Part shown: positions 39,701 to 48,661 of the stretch, one piece after another
Numbering within the stretch: the stretch's first letter is position 1
How the letters are laid out: every line of letters starts with the position of its first letter
NCBI GenBank assembly: GCA_016744675.1
Contig: JADGDX010000008.1
Location: 26,821 to 90,820, forward strand
DNA: 64,000 nt
Direction: 5' to 3'
DNA from: Desulfuromusa sp.
GTDB taxonomy: Bacteria; Desulfobacterota; Desulfuromonadia; Desulfuromonadales; Geopsychrobacteraceae
Program-made: the position numbers and the translations under genes
The notes under the pieces: generated by a model
The model's input: the letters and a program-made list of their open reading frames with translations, nothing else
What the model was told of the DNA's origin: nothing
Databases searched by the model: none

Positions 39701-41403
39701 CGATCAACCAGTTCACGCCAGAATTCTACGGGAAAATGGCGATTGAACTCCTCCTGACTTATCGCATGATCATTGCGTGAGGGAACCCCATCCCCCCCCC
39801 CAGGAAGGGGATACCAAAGGCGTTGAAAATGTTTTTTTGCCAGTGTCATAGCGGCGTCAAAACGAATAATGCGAAACCGTTGTGCAACATCAATAATCAA
39901 TCGAATCATTGCTTCACGAACTTCGGGCAACAGATAATTCAATTGAGCCGTATCGTTCCAAGGAAGATGGGTTCCATCGTTACCATGGTAGATAAAACGA
40001 ACGTCCCCATTGTGCCGATTCTGATAACGACACACAACCGCAGCCTCACTATGATCAAAGTAACCATCTTCAATCTGCATGGAATAGTCAGCGTCTTCAC
40101 TTAAGTCAGGTCCGTTAAATTGATATCCCGGATAAGGAGGGTGTGAAAGTTGGACAAACCAGTCAGGGTGTTCACGCAACAAGGCAGACTCTATCCCCGT
40201 ATGATTTGTTACCACATCACAGGCGAGATCAAGGCCATGGTGGCGACAGCGAGAACGTAAATTTTCTAAAGCACTATCTCCACCAAGATCAGAAGCAATC
40301 TGATAATCGTCAATGGCATAAGCCGAAGCAGCAACCTGAACCTGTCCGCTTTGATTTTTGATCTTTAATGATGCTTTTGAACGCTCCCACACCCCAATGA
40401 GCCAAAGGCTGGTAAACCCATAATTGCTCAGTTCAGCTAATTCCTCATCTGGAATTTGATCGAGGCGGGTAATATGAAAATGATATTTACGCGATAACTG
40501 TTCTAACCACACATAGGTTGACTTGGCCAATAGAACAGTTCGAGGCATCCACTCGAGATCGACAGTAAAATCGGCATACTCTTCATACATCGCAGCAGCG
40601 GGATCAAGTGCTGTCGTTTCGGGCTCTCCCTGAAAGTCGAACGTCTGCCCTTCTCGTTCATAGACTTCGATCGCTGAAGAGATTCTATCTTGCAAATCGG
40701 CAGGCAGAATCTCAGCCCAAACAGTTCGTAATAATTGGAGTTGTCCATGAAGCGTTGTTACTGTTTGAAGCGGTTCAAGCAAACGCCGCAAAAGCGATTG
40801 TGGCTGTTGCGGAAAGTGATCCTTTTCTTGCGGCAAGACATGGTCAATTTGCAATAATTGTTGTCGATAATCTGTGACATTCTGAAACAATTGTTCCTCG
40901 TCAGCAAACAACTCTGGACTTAACTTCAGAGCTGAGTTTTGGCTCTGAGTAAAGAGAAGAACCATTTCAATCAAGATATCTTTGACATGATCATTGCTTT
41001 CCGAAGGGGCAATGATCTCAGTTGGAATGACAACGTTCAGCTCAACAGGGACGGCAGGAAAAAACTGTAAAAACTCATACAGAGTCTCTTCCATCTTGGG
41101 AAGATCAACGACACCCCCAGATATTTCAATCTGGTTTTTCATAACGGAACAATGGCGACTTGAGAGAAAGTCGCCTGCAATCCGACGCAACACTAGGTTC
41201 AGGGTCGTGAGAAGTTCCAATTCAGCTGCGTTCAATGCTGTCTCTGAAAATTGTCGCAGGTAATCTGCTAGAAGGTGGCGAAAGAAGGTCGGCTTGGGCC
41301 GCGATTCTTTTTCGAACTGTTCCTTAAGCACAACTTCATCCCAGGCCTTGCGGCCACACTGCACCCCCAATGGATAATATTCTTTCAAAAAATCGTTCGA
41401 CAT
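36784..41403 (-). CDS. glgA: Fusion protein: N-terminal ~1050 aa GH13-like alpha-amylase-family module plus a C-terminal full-length glycogen synthase (GT5) module
   Basis: GH13-like regions: [29 protein letters not shown] and FMSNPDE. The C-terminal 481 aa begins [27 protein letters not shown] (classical GlgA N-terminus, internal Met codon at 38227-38229). The start is set at [10 protein letters not shown] (41403) because the longer track ORF overlaps the upstream gene. Confidence 0.85.
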   Translation of the reverse strand: [1539 protein letters not shown]

Positions 41404-41429
41404 ATGATGGCTACTTTTCTCTATGAATC

Positions 41430-42467
41430 TCAATAATTTCTTAAATCGGCATTGCGCAAAAACTCGGCGGCCTCTTCGGGAGGAGTTGGATTGATATGGA
41501 ATCCGGACCCCCACTCAAAACCAGCAACCCGTGTCAGCTTGGGAACTAACTCAATATGCCAGTGATAATCGGAAGGAAAAGAAGCCCAGTAATCGGGCCG
41601 ACCCCAGCGCAAATGCATCGGGGGAGCATTATGCAGAATGAATGAATAGGGAGGATCTTTCAGGACGGCACGCATACGCAACAATGTATTACGCAGCGTT
41701 TCAGCCAGTAAAAGAAGCTTCTGATCGGTCTGAAGAGTAAAGTCATGGCTATGCTCTTGGGGGGCAATCATCAGTTCAAAGGGAAATCGTGCTGCGTACG
41801 GAACATAAACGAGAAAATTGCCATCATCACGCACAATACGATCTGTTGCCGTTTTCTCCTGCTTAATCAGATCACAGATCAGACAGCGTTCCTTACGCTG
41901 AAAATGCTCACGGGAAGTGTTGAGTTTCGTTGCCACCAGAGGTGGAATCAGTGGGACGGCAATTAACTGCGAATGGGAATGAGGAATATTTGCAGAAGCC
42001 TCGATCCCATGATTTTTAAAAATAAAAATATAGCGAAAGCGACTATCATTGCGCAAATCAAGCATTCGGGCTCGATATGCTTTTAGAACCTCGGCTATTT
42101 CTTCAACTGACAAATCCCCAAGACACTTATCATGGTCGGGCGTTTCGATAATAATTTCGTGGGCACCAACACCGTTCATCCTATCGTAAAGGCCTTCGGC
42201 CTGGTTATCGAGCTCCCCTTCAATGCGTAAGGCGGGAAACTTATTCGGAATAACCCTAACTTTCCAACCAGTCTGGTTTGGAGCACTTCCATCAGGACGA
42301 TGAGCATAGATTTCTGGGGGTGTTTTATCTTCATTTTTATCACAGAATGGGCAAGAAGACATTTCGGCCACTTGTCGCTGCTGTAAGAAATCCTGGGGTC
42401 GACGACTCTGACCCTTGGCAATAATGGCCCAGTTATTTTTCAATGGATCCCAACGAAATTCAGACAA
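41430..42467 (-). CDS. GalT-like HIT-superfamily nucleotidyltransferase (galactose-1-phosphate uridylyltransferase family)
   Basis: 345 aa. N-terminal Zn motif CPFC and active-site HSHSQ (HxHxQ). Two half-domains as in GalT. Confidence 0.8.
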   Translation of the reverse strand: MSEFRWDPLKNNWAIIAKGQSRRPQDFLQQRQVAEMSSCPFCDKNEDKTPPEIYAHRPDGSAPNQTGWKVRVIPNKFPALRIEGELDNQAEGLYDRMNGVGAHEIIIETPDHDKCLGDLSVEEIAEVLKAYRARMLDLRNDSRFRYIFIFKNHGIEASANIPHSHSQLIAVPLIPPLVATKLNTSREHFQRKERCLICDLIKQEKTATDRIVRDDGNFLVYVPYAARFPFELMIAPQEHSHDFTLQTDQKLLLLAETLRNTLLRMRAVLKDPPYSFILHNAPPMHLRWGRPDYWASFPSDYHWHIELVPKLTRVAGFEWGSGFHINPTPPEEAAEFLRNADLRNY

Positions 42468-42550
42468 GGTTTCTATCCTTTCAGTGATCGAAATAATTAC
42501 CCAACAGCAAGACCCTAAATAGATGGTTGAATAAATTTATTGCGCTTCTT

Positions 42551-44692
42551 TTATATTATCCAGTTATCTTCGTCGAGAACAGTCCCATGAAAGCAGAAAC
42601 TCGCATTTCCTTCGGTTGGCCAGCGACCATTCTCACGCCTGTTTTGCAGAGCGTGGCAGCTTAAGGCAACAACATCACCTTCCTGTAAATTAAGAGCCGC
42701 AAGTGGAACAGCCAATTCAAGAATCTTCCCGCATGCCCCAACTCCGCTATAGGCTCCCTCTCTATCAGATAGTATTTCGAGGGATCCTTCATCAAAGTCA
42801 TAACGTATTTGAAAGAGTTCTTTCACCAGCAGACGCATTTCAAAGCAGCCCCCTTTTCCACAGAGGCGTTTCAGCAATTTGGGTTGATCGAAACGGAAAT
42901 AAAGGTGGTCCTGATCATATCCATAGTAAAGGTCTTCAAGGCTTTCACCACTGGCATGCATCGCTCCACCAACCGCCAAATCAATACGACCCGCCGCCAG
43001 CCACTCAAAGTAATCCCCCATGTAGCCATCGATCTGCGGAGTAAAGCAAGCCGTAGGCTCAAAACCGACCATCTTCTTTTGGACCGGTTTTATCGCCTGG
43101 TGCAATCGTGCAGGAGCGGGAAGTCCTTTGAGATGATACAACCCCTCAAGGTGAAGCCTGAATAAGCGATCAAAAATATCAGCCTGAGCCGTCGAATGTT
43201 CATCACCAAACCACCAGAACCAATCACTTCCTTCGGCGCGCAACAATTCACGAACCGGCTCACTCAAAGGCTCATCCGGATGAGCCAGGGCATAATTGAC
43301 ATCATCATCAATCGTCTCTTTACGCGTTTGCTGCAATAACTCCCACGCCTTATTTTCTTCGGGATGGCCAATCCAAGTGGTAAAATCGGAACGAATCCAC
43401 GACCCCGCAGCAAGTCGATTTAATGGAATGGGTTCGCTCTTGGCCAAAGCATCTTGAATGGTTGTCATTTCAAGCAGCGGATCCTCTTGCAATGCGCGGT
43501 AAAAATCGCGCAAAAAAGGATAACCGTTGTCGGGATAGCGCTCCCAGCAGTTTTCACCGTCAAGAATAATTGCAACCGTCCCCCCCGGAGACTGTCGAGC
43601 AGCACGCTGTAAACGTCGACGCAAATCGGCAACAGCCTCACCTGTCTCCCAACCGGCATAGAGAAAGCCAATCCGATCTGACAACTCACGATCCCGAAAC
43701 AACAGAGGCAGATCGTTATATTGATAGATTTTGTAAAGATCGCTGCGCCGAGCCAACCCACTGTCAAGACTTCTAGCAAGGATGTCTTCGTCAGTGGCAG
43801 CCCAGAGGGCTCCCTCTTCTTGCAACAGCTTCACTGCCTCAGGGCAAACACCCCCTTCGGCGGGCCACATTCCACGCTGACGTTTGCCAAAGATACGATC
43901 AGCTGTTCGCAAACCCTCTCGCACCTGTAATCGGGCATCTTCCGGATGACGAAAGTCTGCAGCAGGAAGGGGCAAGCCGGGGCTCGGCTCCTGCGCTGTG
44001 TTCAAATCACAGAGCAGCGGTAAAATTGGATGCGCGTATGGCGTGACAGAAATTTCAATTTGTCCAGCTTCTTCAAGATCTCGATGAAATTGCAGGACTC
44101 GTCCCAATTCATCATTACAACAATCCAGCAGTTGTTGTTTCTGCCCCTCTTGAAAATTTTCTCGCTGCTGCAAAAGCGAGGCAACAACAGACGACTTTCT
44201 GCGTAGATGAGAACCGGTCCAAGCAAGGAGAAAGCAGACCTGAAGATCAAGCAGGTCTTGCTCACTAAAACTGAGTGCATTGGGATGAGGACCAATCCCA
44301 CGCAATTGATAGAGCTGATGATAGCGTCGGTTTGAAAAAATCTGTGTTTCTTCGTTAACAGAGAAAAATTGTTCAACCATAAATTGGCGCTCATGGTCAG
44401 ATAATTCTTGCGGTGAGCGAGAGAGCAACTCTAACCAACGATCCTGCCCATCACCTTGTGCATACCGTTCCAACTGTTCTAGCAAAGAGGGAACCAGATT
44501 AATGGTAACTCTTGCATTCGTTTCAACAATTGTTTCCAGCATTTCCCCATAATCTTTTACCCCATGGAGCCAGGTCCAAGGAAGGAGTGTCTGACCACTC
44601 ACCGGATCCCGATAATCGGGTTGGTGCATATGCCAGAGAATACAGACTTTAAGGGTATTTTCAGTGTCAGTGCCAGCGGCAATAGCTGCCAT
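42551..44692 (-). CDS. Glycoside hydrolase family 57 protein (alpha-amylase / 4-alpha-glucanotransferase / amylopullulanase-like)
   Basis: GH57 signature regions: WHMHQPDY, EISVTPYAHPILPLL, WPAEGGV and ILDGENCWE. 713 aa. Confidence 0.88.
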   Translation of the reverse strand: MAAIAAGTDTENTLKVCILWHMHQPDYRDPVSGQTLLPWTWLHGVKDYGEMLETIVETNARVTINLVPSLLEQLERYAQGDGQDRWLELLSRSPQELSDHERQFMVEQFFSVNEETQIFSNRRYHQLYQLRGIGPHPNALSFSEQDLLDLQVCFLLAWTGSHLRRKSSVVASLLQQRENFQEGQKQQLLDCCNDELGRVLQFHRDLEEAGQIEISVTPYAHPILPLLCDLNTAQEPSPGLPLPAADFRHPEDARLQVREGLRTADRIFGKRQRGMWPAEGGVCPEAVKLLQEEGALWAATDEDILARSLDSGLARRSDLYKIYQYNDLPLLFRDRELSDRIGFLYAGWETGEAVADLRRRLQRAARQSPGGTVAIILDGENCWERYPDNGYPFLRDFYRALQEDPLLEMTTIQDALAKSEPIPLNRLAAGSWIRSDFTTWIGHPEENKAWELLQQTRKETIDDDVNYALAHPDEPLSEPVRELLRAEGSDWFWWFGDEHSTAQADIFDRLFRLHLEGLYHLKGLPAPARLHQAIKPVQKKMVGFEPTACFTPQIDGYMGDYFEWLAAGRIDLAVGGAMHASGESLEDLYYGYDQDHLYFRFDQPKLLKRLCGKGGCFEMRLLVKELFQIRYDFDEGSLEILSDREGAYSGVGACGKILELAVPLAALNLQEGDVVALSCHALQNRRENGRWPTEGNASFCFHGTVLDEDNWII

Positions 44693-44871
44693 TTGTATTC
44701 CTTCTTATCTTATTTTGCGTTCTTAAATAACAATGATATTGAACTAAAAGCTGAACTATAGCAAAAGTTGCTCACGCGATTACAAAATTATATCAGTTTT
44801 GTGTCAATGATGCTTGTCCGATAGGAGAAAGAGACTTGCCCTGTCACTCAGCAACTGGCATAGTCCCGCCC

Positions 44872-45798
44872 ATGCGAAAAAAAGCTTTCAATCTCTACTC
44901 AACCCACTTGAAGCAACACTTTGGGGGAAGAGTCCATAAGATTTCAATTGATGCCGGTTTCGGCTGTCCAAACCGCAAAGGTGGTCGCGATGCTCACGGC
45001 TGCATTTTCTGCGATCCGGGAGGATCCGGCGCTGTCGGCATTGACCGCAGTGAACCGATCGCCTCTCAAGTCGAACGGGCGAAAGAACTCATGCGCAGAA
45101 AATATCGCGCCAAATGGTTCATCGCTTATTTTCAACCCTTTTCCAATACCTTTGCACCCGTTCCCCACCTGCGTAATTGCTATGATCAAGCCCTCGCTGT
45201 CGAAGATGTTGTTGGATTAGCGATCGGAACTCGTCCCGATTGCCTGCCTGAACCCGTCATTGACCTTCTGGCGGAATACCACCAAAAAACCGACTTCTGG
45301 CTGGAACTTGGTCTACAAAGTTGCCACGATAGGACCCTTGATTTCTTGCAACGCGGCCATGACTATGCTTGTTTTCTTGATGCCTACGAGCGGGCCAAAC
45401 AACGTGACCTGCGCATCTGTGCTCATGTTATCATTGGACTTCCAGGTGAAAGTCGCGAAGATATTTTAGAAACAGCCGCTGAGTTAGCGCGTCTCAAAGT
45501 TGACGGAATCAAACTTCACCTACTCCACATTCTGAAAGGCACACCTCTGGGCGATCTATACAAGAATGGTCAGATACCGATGCTGGAGATGGATGAGTAT
45601 GTGCAGTTAGTGGTCGACTTTATCGAACGATTACCGCCAGAGACGTTAATCCATAGGCTCACCGGCGATGGTCCACGCGATATTCTCCTCGCACCATTCT
45701 GGTCAATGAATAAGTGGGAAGTCCTCAATGCGATTGATGCTGAACTAGAGAGGCGCGGTTCACAGCAGGGAGATAAATATTTGAAACCTGAAGAATAG
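44872..45798 (+). CDS. TIGR01212-type (YhcC-like) radical SAM protein
   Basis: Starts RVHKISIDAGFGCPNR...C.FC, a variant radical SAM cluster. About 308 aa from the ATG at 44872; the track start at 44836 is TTG. Confidence 0.8.
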   Translation: MRKKAFNLYSTHLKQHFGGRVHKISIDAGFGCPNRKGGRDAHGCIFCDPGGSGAVGIDRSEPIASQVERAKELMRRKYRAKWFIAYFQPFSNTFAPVPHLRNCYDQALAVEDVVGLAIGTRPDCLPEPVIDLLAEYHQKTDFWLELGLQSCHDRTLDFLQRGHDYACFLDAYERAKQRDLRICAHVIIGLPGESREDILETAAELARLKVDGIKLHLLHILKGTPLGDLYKNGQIPMLEMDEYVQLVVDFIERLPPETLIHRLTGDGPRDILLAPFWSMNKWEVLNAIDAELERRGSQQGDKYLKPEE

Positions 45799-46115
45799 AG
45801 CTGAGAAAATTCAGACTGACTGATTTTACCTTCAGGCGAAAGTTCACAACCTTGACAGACTAAAAACATGAGAATAATGGCGTACGCTCCGCAACAGCGG
45901 AGAAATTTTCCACCCAGAATCGCTTAAGAGCGAGCGGGTGTGGACACTTCGATCTCTGAATGTCCCACAGGCGGGGTTGCCCCACTCCAGGAAATCAGCA
46001 TCAATGACGCCCAAACAAAACTAATGAGTAAAATCACTAACCGAAACATGGCGCGCAACTTAACAAAAGAATCCTTACGAATCAACTACTAGATAATAAA
46101 AAACATGGTTAAATA

Positions 46116-48155
46116 ATGTTCGATCTTAACAGCCTCAATCCTCAACAACGCAGTGCAGTCACTCACAATAAAGGCCCCCTACTCCTTTTAGCAGGAGCCG
46201 GGTCAGGAAAAACACGGGTTATTACCTGTCGTATTAGCCACTTAAGGCAACAAGGCGTCCCTGCTGAACAGATCCTTGCGCTCACATTCACCAATAAAGC
46301 CGCACGTGAGATGGCCGAACGTGTTCAGGAAATGATCGGAAGAAACGCTACGAAAGGGATGGTGATTGCAACCTTTCACTCCCTTGGGGTTCGTATTCTT
46401 AAATCCAACATTGATCGTCTTGGTTTCAAGAAAAACTTTTCCATCTACGCATCGGCCGATCAACAACGCTTAATCAGAGATCTGCTTCGCGAAATTGGTG
46501 CAGACAACAGTTCGGCAGATGCCGATCAAATTCTCTGGCGTATCAGCAATGCCAAAAACCACCTCATAAGTGCCGACAGCTATCAAGTTCAAGACCGTGA
46601 TCCAGTCTCCTCTTTAGTAGCGACAATTTATCCCCGCTACCAAAAGGCACTGAAAGCATTTAATGCCGTCGACTTTGATGACCTGCTGATGTTTAGCGTC
46701 CAGTTACTCGAACAACATGCTGACCTGCTGAAAGATTATTGTAAGCGCTTCCAATATCAGATGGTTGATGAGTACCAAGACACAAACCCGGTTCAGTACC
46801 GGCTACTTAAATTATTAGCGAGCGGCCACAGCAATTTATGCGTCGTTGGTGATGACGATCAATCGATCTATGCTTTTCGCGGCGCCGACATCTCCAACAT
46901 TTTAGACTTTGAACACGACTTCCCCGGCACAAAAGTCATCAAACTGGAGCAAAATTATCGCTCTACGGGAAACATTCTAGCCGCTGCCAACGCGGTTATC
47001 AAAAACAACCAGAAAAGAACCGAAAAAGCCCTCTGGACCGACAGCGGAGCCGGAGCTAAAATTGAATACCATCTTTGCACCGATGGTGAAGATGAAGCCC
47101 GCCAGGTTATGGAAAAGATCCATAGCGAAAAATATCGCCATAAACTTAACTATGGTGACTTCGCTATTCTCTACCGCACCAACAGTCAGTCACGGGCATT
47201 CGAAGAACAATTACGTTACGAGAACATCCCTTACGTTCTTATTGGTGGTCAGCAATTTTTTGATCGTAAAGAGATCAAAGACGTTATCGCCTACCTGAAG
47301 ACAGTTCAAAATCCTGCCGATGAAGTCAACTTGTTGCGAATTCTCAACTATCCTAAACGTGGAATTGGGGAAGGGAGTATTGATCGCATCATTCGCTACT
47401 CGGCCGATCAAAACATATCGCTCTGGAAAGTTTTGCAACAAGTCAATCAGGTCCCTGAGATGAACGATCGAACCGCAGCGGCATGTCTTTCTTTTGTTGA
47501 ACTCATCACCCGCTATAGAAAAAACTTCAAACAACCCCTGCGCCTTCTTGAGACCCTTCAAGAGCTTTTTTCCGAACTGAAACTCGCAGACGAAATTTAT
47601 CGTCAGGAGAAAGATCCCCAGGCTGCAAAACGGCGCGTCGAAAACCAGGAAGAGCTGCTCAACAGCATGTCAACCTACCTGGATCGAACTGAAGCCCCCA
47701 ACCTCGCCGGTTATTTGGAGCGGATATCTCTCTTTGATGACGAAACGGTCGGAAAAAATGACAAAGAGAGCAAACTGAAACTTGATGCCGTCACCTTGAT
47801 GAGTTTACACTCAAGCAAAGGGCTTGAATTCCCTGTTGTCTTTTTAGCCGGACTCGAAGAGGGCTTTCTCCCCCACAAGAAGTCGATCTACGAAACCTTT
47901 GATATCGATGAAGAACGTCGCCTCTGCTATGTTGGGATAACACGGGCACAGCAACAGTTATTTATGCTAGGAGCTCAACAACGACGCAAGTACGGAAAAC
48001 TGGAACAACGTGAGGCAAGCCGTTTTCTCAGTGAAATTCCTGACACCCTGCTACAAAAATCTACAGATAAAAACTCGGCCACGCAACAGCCCGAGGATGA
48101 AGCGGCGAGTGCGAGCAGTTTTTTTGATAATATCAGCCAGATGTTTGGCGATTAA
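46116..48155 (+). CDS. ATP-dependent DNA helicase, UvrD/PcrA/Rep family
   Basis: Walker A AGAGSGKT, motifs VDEYQDTN, QNYRS and VGITRA. 679 aa. Confidence 0.93.
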   Translation: MFDLNSLNPQQRSAVTHNKGPLLLLAGAGSGKTRVITCRISHLRQQGVPAEQILALTFTNKAAREMAERVQEMIGRNATKGMVIATFHSLGVRILKSNIDRLGFKKNFSIYASADQQRLIRDLLREIGADNSSADADQILWRISNAKNHLISADSYQVQDRDPVSSLVATIYPRYQKALKAFNAVDFDDLLMFSVQLLEQHADLLKDYCKRFQYQMVDEYQDTNPVQYRLLKLLASGHSNLCVVGDDDQSIYAFRGADISNILDFEHDFPGTKVIKLEQNYRSTGNILAAANAVIKNNQKRTEKALWTDSGAGAKIEYHLCTDGEDEARQVMEKIHSEKYRHKLNYGDFAILYRTNSQSRAFEEQLRYENIPYVLIGGQQFFDRKEIKDVIAYLKTVQNPADEVNLLRILNYPKRGIGEGSIDRIIRYSADQNISLWKVLQQVNQVPEMNDRTAAACLSFVELITRYRKNFKQPLRLLETLQELFSELKLADEIYRQEKDPQAAKRRVENQEELLNSMSTYLDRTEAPNLAGYLERISLFDDETVGKNDKESKLKLDAVTLMSLHSSKGLEFPVVFLAGLEEGFLPHKKSIYETFDIDEERRLCYVGITRAQQQLFMLGAQQRRKYGKLEQREASRFLSEIPDTLLQKSTDKNSATQQPEDEAASASSFFDNISQMFGD

Positions 48156-48186
48156 TTGATTGAAATAAACACAGAGGAGAAAACGT

Positions 48187-48579
48187 ATGTCGATGATTAA
48201 AGTGTCTTTTCCCGGAAGAACAAAGGTAACAGCCAACTTTGAAAATTTTGAAGTTGCAACAGACCAACCAATCAATGAAGGTGGAATGGGCAGTGCGCCA
48301 GAGCCCTACATGCTCTTTTTATCTTCCATTGTCACCTGTGCCGGTTTTTATGCTCAAAGCTTCTGCCGCCAGCGTGAGATCTCTACAGAAGGGATGACCA
48401 TGACTCTGGATATTGAACGAAATCAAGAGACGCGTCGGCTTGAAAAAGTCAAAATGGCAATCCAACTTCCACCCGAATTCCCAACAAAATACCAAAAAGC
48501 TATTATTCGTGCGGCGGGGATGTGTTCAGTAAAAAAAGCCATTGCTGATCCACCCGAATTTGAGGTGATTACAGAATGA
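48187..48579 (+). CDS. OsmC family peroxiredoxin-like protein
   Basis: 130 aa. OsmC pattern with two conserved Cys (SSIVTCAG... and GMCSV). Confidence 0.8.
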   Translation: MSMIKVSFPGRTKVTANFENFEVATDQPINEGGMGSAPEPYMLFLSSIVTCAGFYAQSFCRQREISTEGMTMTLDIERNQETRRLEKVKMAIQLPPEFPTKYQKAIIRAAGMCSVKKAIADPPEFEVITE

Positions 48580-48661
48580 CGAAAGTTAACAACACAGCCA
48601 CTTCCTCAACGGATTTCACCATGTTGTAATTGAGGTTAATCTCACCTTAAGAGTCTAACTT

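Noticed and set aside
41404-41514. N-terminal 37-codon extension of the giant GH13-GlgA ORF
   Set aside because: It overlaps the 3' end of the GalT-like gene in another frame and has odd composition (RRGRR). The internal ATG at 41403 gives a sensible 26-nt intergenic gap.
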